64,000 bases of DNA from an uncultured delta proteobacterium (GTDB lineage: Bacteria > Myxococcota_A > UBA9160 > UBA4427), in NCBI GenBank assembly GCA_963822965.1, contig CAWGJT010000005.1, positions 64,001 through 128,000 of the forward strand. The letters are read 5' to 3'. Under the pieces are notes generated by a model. The model ran no database searches, was not told the origin of the DNA, and saw only the letters and a list, made by a program, of their open reading frames with translations. The translations under genes were made by a program, and so were the position numbers. Positions within the stretch are counted from its first letter, which is position 1. Every line of letters begins with the position of its first letter. Shown piece after piece: positions 1-17,022 of the stretch.

Positions 1-875
1 TCGCCGTCGGCAATCCAGAGGTAGCGCAGGTAGTCGAAGAAGCCCGCGGGCAGGTCCCCCGTCTGCCCCTGGGACGGATAGCTCGCCAGGCGATGCAGCA
101 GGCGACCGGGCAGCGGGAGGGTGCGCTTGCCCGCCAGCGCGAGCAGGGTGGAGAGCGGCAGCACCCCGCGGCCGACGACGTTGTACACGCCCGGGTGCGA
201 CTCGAGGGTCGCCCGTTCGAAGGCGCGCACGAGGTCGTCCTCGTGGACGAACTGCATCAAGGGGTCGTAGCCGAGCACCACGGGCACCACCGGTCGCTCG
301 AAGTAGCGCACCACGTGGTCCACGTAGGTCGGGCCCATCACCCAGCAGTGACGCAGGACCGAGACCTCCACGTCGGGATGCCGCGGCGCCCAGCGGGCGA
401 GCAGCTCCTCGGCCTCGACCCGGTTCTGGATACAGTGCGCGTCCGGATGGCCCGCCAGCGCGTGCTTCTCGCCGAGGAAGTTGGGGTTCGTCGGGTTCGG
501 GCCGTAGAGCATCGTGGTGGACCCGAGCACGAGCCGGCGCACCTTCGCCGCCGAGCAGGCGTGGATCACGTGCAGGCTGCCGATCGTCTCCAGCTCGTGG
601 TCGTACTCGAGATCGGCGGTGGGGGAGCTTCGGAACGCCAGGTGCACGAGCACGTCCACCCGCTCCTTCGCCAGGATGGACGCCAGCTCTCCGTCTGCCG
701 TGGGGTGCGTCAGGTCGACGCGCCGGAACGAGACGTGGCCCTCCAGTCGCAGCGGCCGCCGCACGTCCACGCCGACCACGCGCGGCGCGTCCGGACGAGC
801 GAGGAGCCGCTCGGCCAGGCGTTGGCCGAGGAAGGTGTTGAGCCCGGTGATGGCGACGCAGCGGGCCTGGTCCAC
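1..875 (-). CDS. NAD-dependent epimerase/dehydratase family protein (3' end outside window)
   Basis: Manual minus-strand translation from GTG at 875: VDQARCVAITGLNTFLGQRLAERLL...VVGVDVR (Rossmann-like start), later SSTTMLYGPNPTNPNFL and LRYLWIADG. Missing from the ORF track because it runs off the edge. Confidence 0.75.
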   Translation of the reverse strand, partial: MDQARCVAITGLNTFLGQRLAERLLARPDAPRVVGVDVRRPLRLEGHVSFRRVDLTHPTADGELASILAKERVDVLVHLAFRSSPTADLEYDHELETIGSLHVIHACSAAKVRRLVLGSTTMLYGPNPTNPNFLGEKHALAGHPDAHCIQNRVEAEELLARWAPRHPDVEVSVLRHCWVMGPTYVDHVVRYFERPVVPVVLGYDPLMQFVHEDDLVRAFERATLESHPGVYNVVGRGVLPLSTLLALAGKRTLPLPGRLLHRLASYPSQGQTGDLPAGFFDYLRYLWIADG

Positions 876-1025
876 GCGGGGCTGGATGCCGCCTCCCTCT
901 CTAGAGACGGATACGAGTGTACCGCCGGGCGCCCGTCTGCCGTGCTCGCCTGCCTGCATGCTTCCACCTGCCGCGACCCACGCCGCTCTTCTCGCCGGCC
1001 GGCCGCTCGGATACCATGGTCGATC

Positions 1026-2084
<1,059 letters not shown>

Positions 2085-2178
2085 GTCCAGAGACCCACTC
2101 GGAGACACCGGGCTCGGCGCTCCGAGCGGTGCTCCGCTCGGGGTCGGACCGTCGTGGCTTCGGGTCCGGTCGTGCATG

Positions 2179-2422
2179 CCACCGCTGCCGAAGCCATGCC
2201 ACCCGGTCCCACCGCGCCGTGCCACCCGATCCCACCGGAGAGAGGCGATTCGAGCGGGCTCTCGAGCGGATCGGGACACGTCCCGGTGACTCCTGCTCGG
2301 GGAAAGCCACAAGTCACGAGACAACTTGTGCGGCTCACGGAAATTTCTTGGGATCGAGCAAAAAAAGGTGGGATCAGGTGGCATGAATATATAGCCAGGT
2401 GGGATTCAGTGGTATAGAGTGG
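2179..2422. promoter_or_regulatory. dcw promoter with MraZ-type GTGG box arrays (direct set 2368-2422, inverted set 2179-2236)
   Basis: GTGG at 2368, 2378, 2399, 2409, 2419 (10-bp phasing), and CCAC at 2179, 2199, 2209, 2222, 2232. MraZ is known to bind GTGG/TGGG repeats phased by 10 bp upstream of mraZ. Confidence 0.75.
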
Positions 2423-2454
2423 TCTGCGTTTGGGGGCGGCAAGAAGCAGATCCC

Positions 2455-2916
2455 ATGTCTTTCCGAGGCCGCTTCGATCACACGTTGGACAACAAGGGAC
2501 GGGTCAGCGTCCCGGCGGGGTTTCGAATGGAGATCCAGAAGCTGGGAGGCGAGAGGCCGCCGATCCTGACCCGGGGCAAGGATCACCTCCTGCTCTACCC
2601 CGCGGAGACCTGGGACGCCATCGAGAAGAAGCTGGCGTCCAAGTCCAGCCTGCTCCCCAACGTCCAGAAGTACCAGCGATTCCTGATCGGCGGCTGCACC
2701 GAGTGCCCCGTCGACAGCCAGGGGCGGATCACGATCCCCGCCAACCTTCGCGAGCACGCCGACCTGCAGGGAAAGGTGACCCTGGCCGGCGTGCTGGACA
2801 AGATCGAAATCTGGAATCAAGACCGCTTCGACTCGGCCCAGGCGCTCACCCTGGACCGGATCGAGGAGATCCAGATGGCAGTGGACGAGAGCTCTTCCGG
2901 CTCATTGTCTGAATGA
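2455..2916 (+). CDS. mraZ: Transcriptional regulator MraZ
   Basis: FRGRFDHTLDNKGRVSVPAGFR, DSQGRITIP, LAGVLDKIEIW; first gene of the dcw cluster. Confidence 0.96.
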   Translation: MSFRGRFDHTLDNKGRVSVPAGFRMEIQKLGGERPPILTRGKDHLLLYPAETWDAIEKKLASKSSLLPNVQKYQRFLIGGCTECPVDSQGRITIPANLREHADLQGKVTLAGVLDKIEIWNQDRFDSAQALTLDRIEEIQMAVDESSSGSLSE

Positions 2917-3116
2917 GCTGATGTTTTGGGGGGACTGGAGGAGGCGACTCCTCCAGTGGAAGAGGTAGGGGTGTCCCCGGGACACCACAGTGTGGCTGCG
3001 GTGCGGTTACTGGGGGGTACGCACCGTAGTCGAGGTTCCCGGGGGCTCCCCACTCTTCTTTCCAACCTTCCTGTTCCCGTCTCCCAGGAGGCAAAGGCGG
3101 GAGGCGCCCCACCCTC

Positions 3117-4708
<1,592 letters not shown>

Positions 4709-4712
<4 letters not shown>

Positions 4713-6884
4713 GAGCGGCGACCCTGGAGGGACCGTCCCGCCGACTCCGGACCCTGTGCGGGGTTCTGCTGCTGGCCTTCCTGGTGCTGGCCGGCCGGGC
4801 CGCCCACCTCACCGTCTTCGACTCCCGCGGTCGCGGCTGGGGAGACCGCCAGTTCCACACGGTGCTGCGGCTGCCGGCGCCCCGCGGACTGATCGTCGAC
4901 CGGCGCGGCGTGGAGCTCGCCGTCACCGTGGAGTCGCCGTCGATCTACGTCGTGCCCGACGAGCTGGGCGATCGCGACGCGACCGCGCGGGCGCTCGCCG
5001 GGGTGCTCGGCCAGGAGCCGAAGGCGCTGGCCGACGAGCTCCGCGGCCGGAGGCGCTTCACGTTCGTGAAGCGCTGGGCGAGCCGGAGCAGGCGGAGCGG
5101 ATTCGCGCCCTCGAGCTTCCGGGCGTCGGCATCCTGAAGGAGCCGCGACGCGCGTACCCGGCCGGGCGCGCTCGCCGGCCAGGTGATCGGCTTCGCGAAC
5201 ATCGACGGCGAAGGCGTCCGGGCGATCGAGCAGCAGGAGGACCGCATCCTGCGCGGGCGCGAGCGCACGGTGACCGTCGAGCGCGACGCGCGCGGGCGTC
5301 TGCTGGTGGTCGATCCGTCGCTGCCCCGGGACACGGCCGGCGGCGACGTCCGGCTCACCCTCGACGCCGCCCTGCAAGCTGCCGCAGAGGGCGCCCTGGC
5401 CGACCTCGTCGAGAAGACCGGCGCCCGGGGCGGCACCGTCGTCACCCTCGATCCCCACACCGGCGACATCCTCTCCCTGGCCGAGTACCCGCCCACGGAT
5501 CCGAACTTCTTCCGGACGAGCGATTTCGGCAGCACCCGCTCGCGGGCCTTCCTGGACGCCCTGGAGCCGGGATCGACGATGAAGGTGTTCCTGGTGGCGG
5601 GCGCCCTGGACGAAGGCGTGATCGCAGCCGGACGAGCGCTTCGACACGGGACCCGGCTGGATCCGGGTTCCCGGCAAGACCATCCACGACCACCACCCCT
5701 ACGGCGTGATCGACGTGCGCGAGGTGCTGCAGGTGTCGAGCAACGTCGGCGCCGTGATGATCGGCCAGCGGCTCGAGCCGCGACGGCACTACGAGATCCT
5801 GAGCCGCTTCGGCTTCGGAAGCAGCACCGGCAGCGGCTTCCCCCAGGAGTCCTCCGGCCTCCTGCGCAGCTACCGCAGCTGGAAGCCCGTCGATCACGCC
5901 ACGGTGTCGTTCGGCCAGGGCATCAGCGTGACGCCGATCCAGCTGGCGGCGGCGACCGCCGCGCTGGCCAACGGAGGCGTCTGGCAGAAGCCGCGGCTGG
6001 TGGACGCGCGACGCCCCTCGGACGGAGACGACTGGGAGGAGACACCCCGGGAGGCGGGCCACCGCGTCGTCCGCCGCGAGACGGCCCAGCGGATCGTCCG
6101 CATGATGGAGTCGGTGGTCAGCGCCTCCGGGACCGGCCGGCGCGCCGCCCTGGCCGGGCGTCCGGGTCGCCGGCAAGACCGGAACCGCGCAGAAGTTCGA
6201 CGCCGAGGCCGGACGCTATTCGCGGTCGGCGTACCTGGCCTGGTTCATCGGCATCGTTCCGGCCGACGATCCCGCGCTCGCCATCGCCGTGATGGTCGAC
6301 GAGCCCCAGGGACCGGCGCACGGCGGTGGCGACGCGGCCGCCCCGCTCTTCGCCCAGGTGGCGTCGGCGCAGCTCGCCCACCTGGGAATCGTCACGAAGC
6401 CCGACCCGATCCGCGCGGAGCCCTTCCACACGCTGCTGGCGGAAGAGAGCGACGACGCGGACGCGCACGAGCAGGAGAAGGCGAAGCAGCGAGCCCCGGA
6501 GAGGCCGACCCGCGTGGCCCGCGCGCCGAAGCCCGAGGCGCCGCCCGCCGCCGTGCCGCCGCCCAGGCCCAAGCCCACCGCCGTGCCGCCGCCCAGGCCC
6601 AAGCCGGTCGTCGCGGTGGCGGCGGTCCCCGCGGTCCCCGCGGTCTCGACCGCGCCGCCGCCCGCGGCTCCCGTGCGCACCCTGCTCGTGCCCGACTTCC
6701 GAGGCGAGACGGTCGCTTCGGCCCTGCGAATGGCCGCGGAGGACTCCCTCGTGCTGGAACTCGAGGGGGACGAGCGGGGTCTCGCGGTAGAGCAGCATCC
6801 CCAGCCCGGCACCGTGGTCACCGGAGATCGTCCCCGCGTCCGGCTGCGCTTCATGCGCGACAAGCGAGATCGGAGAGAGGGCTG

Positions 6885-6885
<1 letters not shown>
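4709..6885 (+). CDS. ftsI: Peptidoglycan transpeptidase FtsI/PBP3 with Pro-rich linker and C-terminal PASTA domain (several frameshifts)
   Basis: APRGLIVDRRGVELA, RRAYP, EPGSTMK (SxxK), SSNVG (SxN), VAGKTGTAQK (KTG, shifted frame); C-terminal VPDFRGETV...QHPQPG PASTA. Confidence 0.93.
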
Positions 6886-9853
<2,968 letters not shown>

Positions 9854-10930
9854 ATGCTCTACCACCTGCTCTATCCGCTCGCGGAGCAGTTCAGCGTCTT
9901 CAACGTGGTCCGCTACATCACGTTCCGCACGGCGGCGGCCACGCTGACGGCGCTCTTCATCACGTTCCTCGTCGGCCCGTGGCTGATCCGCCGCCTCGGC
10001 GCCCTGCGCGTGGGGCAGCCGATCCGCGAGATCGGACCCGACCACCAGTCGAAGGCCGGAACGCCGACCATGGGCGGGCTGCTCATCCTGCTCGCGCTGC
10101 GTGGTCTCGGTGCTGCTGTGGTCCGAGCTCGACAACCGCTTCGTCTGGATCCTGCTCGGACTGACGACCGGCTACGGCGTGCTGGGCTTCGTCGACGACT
10201 ACAAGAAGGTGCGCCAGGGCAGCAGCGCCGGCGTCTCCGCGCGCACGAAGCTCTTCTGGCAGACGGTGCTGGCGCTGCGGCGTGGGCATCGCGATCTACA
10301 TGGACCCGAACTTCGACAAGGAGCTCGCGGTCCCCTTCTTCAAGGACTTCACCCCGAACCTCGGCATCTTCTACATCCCGCTGGCCGCCTTCATCATCGT
10401 GGCGGCCAGCAACGGCGTGAACCTGACGGACGGTCTCGACGGCCTCGCGATCGGACCCGTGATGATCGCGGCCGGCGACCTTCCTGCTGCTCGCCTACGC
10501 GGCCGGGCACGCGGTCATCGCCGACTACCTCGCCATCAAGTACGTCCCCGGCGCCGGACAGCTCGCGATCTTCTGCGGCGCCCTGGTGGGGGGCGGGCTC
10601 GGCTTCCTGTGGTTCAACGCGTCGCCGGCGGAGCTCTTCATGGGCGACGTGGGCGCGCTCGCCCTGGGCGGCGCCCTGGGCACGATCGCGGTCCTGATCC
10701 GGCAGGAGATCCTGCTGGCGGTGGTCGGCGGCATCTTCGTGATGGAGACGGTCTCGGTCATGATCCAGGTGGTCTCCTTCAAGCTCACGGGCAAGCGCGT
10801 CTTCCTCATGACGCCGATCCACCACCACTACGAGAAGCTGGGATGGCCCGAGCAGAAGATCGTGGTCCGCTTCTGGATCGTCTCGATCATCCTCGGGCTC
10901 GTCGCGCTGTCGTCCCTGAAGCTGCGATGA
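9854..10930 (+). CDS. mraY: Phospho-N-acetylmuramoyl-pentapeptide transferase MraY (frameshifted)
   Basis: [45 protein letters not shown]. Confidence 0.95.
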
Positions 10931-11007
10931 GCGAAAGCGAAGGACAGGGCGTGTTCGACGGGCACGGCGACTCCGTGCGGACAGAGCTGGGCGCGAGAGA
11001 AGGAAGC

Positions 11008-12412
11008 ATGGCGGACTCCGGTCGGATCGACCTGCAGGACGAGCTGCGCGGGCGTGACGTGCTCGTCATCGGCCTCGGCATCTCGGGCCGCAGCGCGGCG
11101 CGTCTTCTGCGCGGACCGCGGCGCCCGGGTGGTGGTCTTCGACGAGCGGCCGCTCGCGAGCTTCCCGGATCCCGACGCGCTCGAGGATCTCGCGCGTCGG
11201 GTCGAGGTGCGCACCGGCGGCGCCTCTCCCGGATCCCGCCGACTTCGACCTCGTGGTTCCGAGCCCCGGGGTTCCGCGGAGCCGCTACGCGGACCGCGCG
11301 CGGCGCGCCTGGGGCGACATCGAGCTGGCGGCGCGGGCGCTGCGCGTGCCCATCGTGGCGCGTGACGGGGACCAACGGAAAGAGCACGACCACGCGCCTG
11401 GTCGAGGCGATGCTGCGCGCCGGCGGGCTGCGGGCCCGGGCGGCGGGAAACATCGGAAGCCCGGCCCTCGTCGCTGGTGGGCGAGCCGCTGGACGCCGCG
11501 GTGCTCGAGGTCTCGTCGTTCCAGCTGGAGGCGGTCGAGTCGCTGCGCCCGCGCGTGGCCGTCGTCCTGAACATCACGCCGGACCACCTGGATCGCCACG
11601 GGCGCTTCGAGAGCTACGTCGACGCGAAGGCCCGGCTGCTCGCGCGGCAGGAGCCCGACGGACGTCGCAGTGCTCAACTTCGACGACGCGGTCGTGCGCG
11701 GGCTGGCGTCGCGCACCCGCGCGCGGATCGTGCCGGTCAGCCGGTTCGGCGTACCGGCGAACGGCGTCGGCTTCGACTCGGGCCGCATCCGGTTCGGAGG
11801 CAGCGAGGGCAGCGTCGAGCTGCCGCTCGACGTCCACGCCCTGCCCGGCCTGCAGCGGCGTCCACAACCTCGAGAACGTGCTGGCGGCGGTGGCAGCGGT
11901 CCGCGGCGCTGGGCGTCGACCCGCGCCGGGCCGGGTCGGCGCTGCTCGACTTCGAGGCCCTGCCGCACCGCTGCCAGGAAGTGGCCCACGGTGACGGCGT
12001 CCTCTTCGTGGACGACTCCAAGGCGACGAATCCCGGCGCGGCCCAGCGATCGCTCGAGAGCTTCCAGGAGCCCCTGCTGTGGATCGCCGGCGGACGGGGC
12101 AAGCAGGTCGACCTCGAGGAGCTGGCAGCGACGGCGGCCGCGCGGGTCCGGCACGCCTTCCTGATCGGGGAGGCCGCGGCCGAGATCGAGACCTCCCTGG
12201 CCGGACGAATTCCCGTCACGCGCTGCGAATCCATCGAGGACGCGGTGGCGGCGGCCGGCGCCGCCGCGCGACCGGGAGACGTCGTCCTGCTGGCACCCGC
12301 GTGCGCGAGCTTCGACCAGTTCACGAGCTACGCGGAGCGGGGCGAGCGATTCGCCGCGGCGGCGCGGCGCTTCGTCGCTTCCGGCCGATCGCACGAGGGA
12401 GACGGCACGTGA
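11008..12412 (+). CDS. murD: UDP-MurNAc-L-Ala:D-Glu ligase MurD (several frameshifts; alternative start 10927)
   Basis: [64 protein letters not shown]. Confidence 0.93.
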
Positions 12413-13598
12413 GCGCGATCCTCTCGGTGGGACGGAACCGGACGCCGAGGCGACGCCCGGAGCGCCCCGGCGCCGGACCCGGGCTCCACCTCGACGCCGG
12501 CGTCAGCCTGTCGGCCGCCGCCCTCATCTCCCTGGGCATCGTCATGAGCTACAGCACGACGGCCCCCCTGGACATCGAGGTCCCGATCCCGCCCCTCTTC
12601 CGCCAGCACCTGCTCGCCCTGGCGATCGGCGGCGATCGGGCTCGGAATCGCCATGCGGATCCCGCTTCGGGTCTGGCAGCGGCTCGCCCTGCCGCTCTGG
12701 GCGCTCGGCGTCCTGCTGCTCGTCCTCACGCACGTGATCGGCATCGAGGCCAACGGCGCCCAGCGCTGGCTCGACCTGGGCGTGCGCTTCCAGCCGGTGG
12801 AGATCGTGAAGTTCTCGACCCTGCTCGCCGTGGCCGCGGCCGTGGCGCCGCGCGACGGTCGCCGCGACCTCAGCAATCGACGGGCCGGCCTGGCGCTGGG
12901 TCTGTTCACGCATGCCGCCGGTGCTGCTGCTGCTCTTCCAGCCGGATCTCGGCAACGCGGTGCTGCTCTTCGGCCTGACGGCGCTGCTGCTGGTGGTGGC
13001 CGGGCGGCCCCTCCGACACCTGCTCGTTCCCGCCGCCGTCGCCGGCGCCGGGATCGCCGTCTACGTGTCGACCAACGAGTACGCCCAGCGACGGGTCGAG
13101 GGCTTCCTCGATCCGTGGACGACCTGGCAGACCTCGGGGTTCCAGCTCGTGCAGTCGTTCGTGGCCTTCGGGCAGGGCGGCGTCGCAGGCGTGGGGCTGG
13201 GCAACGGCCGCCAGAAGCTCGACTACCTGTTCGGCGCCCACACCGACTTCGTGCTCTCGCTGGTGGCCGAGGAGCTGGGGCTGGTGGGCGTCCTGCTGGT
13301 GCTGGGCGCGTTCGCCGCCCTGCTGGTCACCGGCTGCCGGGTGGCGCTCCGGGCCTCGGATCGCTTCGGCCTGCTGCTGGGCTTCGCGATGACCTCGCTG
13401 CTCACGGTGCCCGCCATCCTGAACGGCGCGGTGGTGATGGGCCTGGTGCCCACGAAGGGCCTCACCCTGCCCTTCCTCTCCTACGGCGGCACCTCGCTGG
13501 TGATGTGCTGCGTCGCGCTCGGCGTCCTGCTCGGCGTGGCTCGCCAGACGCCCCCGGGACGCCGGGACGCCAGCAACGCCCGAACGGACTGGATCTGA
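12409..13598 (+). CDS. ftsW: SEDS peptidoglycan polymerase FtsW (frameshifted)
   Basis: [52 protein letters not shown]. Confidence 0.94.
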
Positions 13599-13600
13599 CG

Positions 13601-15021
13601 ATGCGGCGCAGGGTCGAAGCACGTGCACTTCCTCGGGATCGGCGGCATCGGCATGTGCGGTCTCGCGGAGCTGCTGCACGACCAGGGCTATCGCGTCTCG
13701 GGCTCGGATCTGGTCGGACGGCGCGACGATCGACCGGCTGCTCGGCCTGGGCGTGACCGTCCACCTCGGCCACGACGCCGCCCACCTCGGCGACGCCGAC
13801 GTGCTCGTCTACTCGTCGGCGGTGCGGGGCAACAACCCGGAGCTGCTCGAGGCCGAGCGACGCAAGATTCCCGTGATCCCCCGGGCCGAGATGCTGGCCG
13901 AGGTGATGCGGCTGCAGGACGGCATCGCCGTCGCCGGCTCCCACGGCAAGACCACCACCACCTCCCTCATCGCCCACCTGCTGACCGCGGCCGGCCTCGA
14001 TCCGACCGCCATCATCGGCGGGCGGGTCATCACGAAGGTCACGTCCGCCGACGAGCGCCGGGGCGTGCGGCTGGGCCGGCGGCGGGCTGCTCGTGGCCGA
14101 GGCGGACGAGAGCGACGGCTCCTTCCTGCGTCTGGCGCCCGTCCACGCGGTCGTCACCAACATCGACCCGGAGCACCTCGACCACTACGGCAGCTTCGAG
14201 GCGCTGCAGGACGCCTTCGTCGAGTTCGCCAACTCCGTGCCGTTCTGGGGCCTGGCGGTGCTCTGCTTCGACCATCCCGGCGTGCAGGTCATCCTGCCGC
14301 GCCTCACCCGCCGCTACACGACCTACGGCTTCAGCAAGCAGGCCGATCTCGTCGCCACCGGCATCGAGGTCGACGGCTTCGGGATGCGCTTCGGCGTGGA
14401 GCGGCGGGGCGAGCGGCTCGGGCACGCCCGGGTTCCCCTGCCGGGACGCCACAACGTCGCGAACAGCCTCGCGGCCTTCGCGATCGCTCTCGAGCTCGAC
14501 GTGCCCTTCGAGACGGCCGCCGAAGCGCTCGCCGCCTTCGCCGGCGTGGAGCGCCGCTTCGAGCGGAAGGGCGAGGCGGCGGGCGTGCTGGTCGTGGACG
14601 ACTACGGACATCACCCGGCGGAGGTCCGCGCCACCCTGGCGGCGGCCCGCAGCGTGCACGCGGGTCGCATCGTCGTGATCTTCCAGCCGCACCGGTACAC
14701 GCGGACCCGCGACTGCTTCGAGGAGTTCGCGACCGCCTTCAACGACGCGGACCGGCTGGTGGTGACGGAGGTCTACGCCGCCGGCGAGGACAAGATCCCC
14801 GGCGTCGACGGCGGATCCCTGGCGGATCGCATCCGCGCCCACGGCCATCGCGACGTGCACTTCGTCGCCGGAGCTCGCCGACGTGCTGGGCTCGCTTCCC
14901 GGCCGAGCTTCGCCCCGGCGACCTCGTGATCACCCTCGGTGCGGGCAACGTGTCGAGCCTCGGCCCGCGGCTCCTGGCCGCCCTCGCGCCCTCCGGCGAG
15001 CCCGAAGGAGCACCGGGTTGA
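13601..15021 (+). CDS. murC: UDP-MurNAc:L-Ala ligase MurC (frameshifted)
   Basis: [61 protein letters not shown]. Confidence 0.95.
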
Positions 15022-15958
15022 TTCCCGCCCGCCGCGCGCCGCGCGCTCGAGGACGCTCTCGCCGGCGACGTCGCCTTCGACGTGCCGATGGCGCGCCACA
15101 CCTCGCTGCGGATCGGCGGTCCCGCGGACGCCCTGGCGCAGCCCGCGTCGCGCGAAGATCTGCTCGCGCTGCTGGCCGTGTGCGCCGCCCACGACCTCGC
15201 GTACTTCCCGCTCGGCGCCGGCTTCAACTGTCTCGTCAGCGACGCCGGCATCGCGGGGGTGGTCGTGAAGCTCGCGCGCCTGCGGGTGCTCGAGCGCGAC
15301 CCGACAGGGACGGATCTTCGCCGAAGCGGGGGTGACCCACGCGAGCCTCACGCGCTTCTGCGTCGACCGCGGCCTGGCGGGTCTGGAGTTCGGCGCCGGC
15401 ATCCCGGGCGTCGTGGGCGGCTGGATCACGATGAACGCCGGGATCGGCTCGCGCGAGGTGCAGGACGTGGTGGAGGAGATCGAGGTGGTCGCGCCGGGCG
15501 ATCCCGCCACCCGTTGTCTTCCCGCGCGCGGAGCTCGACTTCGTCTATCGCGCCCTGCGCGGCCTCGCCCCGGGCACGATCGTGGTGTCGGCGCGCCTGG
15601 CGGTGAGCGAGTCCACGCCCGCGGCCGTGCGGGCCGAGGTCGACCAGCCTGCTGGCGAAGCGCGCGGGCACGCAGCCCCTCAACGTCCCTTCGTGCGGCT
15701 CGGTCTTCAAGAACCCGCCGGGCGACTACGCGGGCCGACTCATCGATGCGGCCGGGCTCAAGGGCGAGCGCGTCGGCGGCGCCGAGATCTCGCGGGTCCA
15801 CGCGAACTTCATCGCCAACGTCGGGCGGCGCCACCGCGGCGGACGTCCGCCGGCTGATCGAGATCGCCCAGGAGAAGGTGGAGAAGGAGACGGGCATCCG
15901 GCTGGAGCCGGAGGTCCGCATCGTCGGGCGGGACGGCCCGGCCGGGAGGTCCGCTTGA
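15018..15958 (+). CDS. murB: UDP-N-acetylenolpyruvoylglucosamine reductase MurB (frameshifted)
   Basis: [41 protein letters not shown] (shifted frame), [17 protein letters not shown]. Confidence 0.92.
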
Positions 15959-16928
15959 CGTTCGAACGCGCGGGAAGCATGCCGGCCGCCGCAGCCGCTA
16001 CGAGCGCCGGAGCCGGGCCCGCGCCCGGCGCATCGAGCGTCGGCTCGAGGAGGCACGGCGCCTGCGCGCGGCGCGCGCGCGCGCGCCGGGCATGCGTGCG
16101 CCGGCTCCGGCCCGGGTGCGCCCCGGCCCCGGCCGCGCCACGCGGATCGTGCTCTTCACGCTGGCGTTGCTCGCCGGAACGGGCCTGGCCTCGAAGGTCA
16201 CCGCCACGGCGCTGCAGTGGTGGAACGAGCGACCGGTCACGGTGGACGCCATCGCCGTCCAGGGAGCCCGGCGGCTCCGCGGCAGCGAGGTGGCGGCCGC
16301 CACCGGACTCGCCCGCGGCGCCCGGCTGGACGCGCTCCCGGAGGACCTCGAGACGCGCGTCGCTGCGCATCCCTGGATTCGTAGCGCGCGCGTCGCCCTG
16401 CTCCCGACCGGCACCCTGATCGTCGACGTCGAGGAGCGAGAGCCGCGCGCGGTGCTCTACAGCGGGGACGACGGCTCCGCCCACTTCGTCGATGCCGAGG
16501 GGACCGCCTTCGCGCCGGTCTCCGCAGACGAGGTGCCCGACGCCGCCGGCCTGCCGGCCCTGGCGCGCGCATCGGGAGCGACGTCCGCAAGCAACGAGGC
16601 GCAGGAGGCGGCTCTGCTGCGGGACGGGCTCAGCCTACTCGCGTACGTCGACGGGCTGACGCTCGCCGGCCTCGCTCGCCCCGACGAGCCCCACCGCGGG
16701 CTGCGGCTCCTGCTGCCCGACCCGGACGGCGAACGGGGCTGGGTGCTGCGCGGTGCCGACGGGCTCGAAGTGGTGCTCGGAAGCGACGAGGTCGCGACCG
16801 TGATCGAGAGATTGGATCGAGTCGAACGCCTGCTCGGGGCCGCCCTCGGCGAGCTCGAGCAGGCGACGACGATCGACATGCGTTTCGCAGGACAAGCCGT
16901 CCTGCGGACGGCGAGCGCCTCGAGGTGA
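15955..16928 (+). CDS. ftsQ: Cell division protein FtsQ (start uncertain; probable frameshift before 16092)
   Basis: TM segment, then POTRA-like IAVQGARRL...HPWIRSARV...[11 protein letters not shown]-terminal [11 protein letters not shown]; directly upstream of ftsA. Confidence 0.82.
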
Positions 16929-17022
16929 GGCGCCGACAAGCGGCGGCGGAGTGCGGATGCACGAGGCCGTCCATCGCGGACCACCGGGGATCCGGTGGTC
17001 CGATTCGGGGGGTGAGAACGGC

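Noticed and set aside
93..1025. N-terminal half of the 663-aa ORF as part of the deacetylase
   Set aside because: It is the antisense shadow of the minus-strand epimerase; deacetylase similarity begins at ATG 1026.
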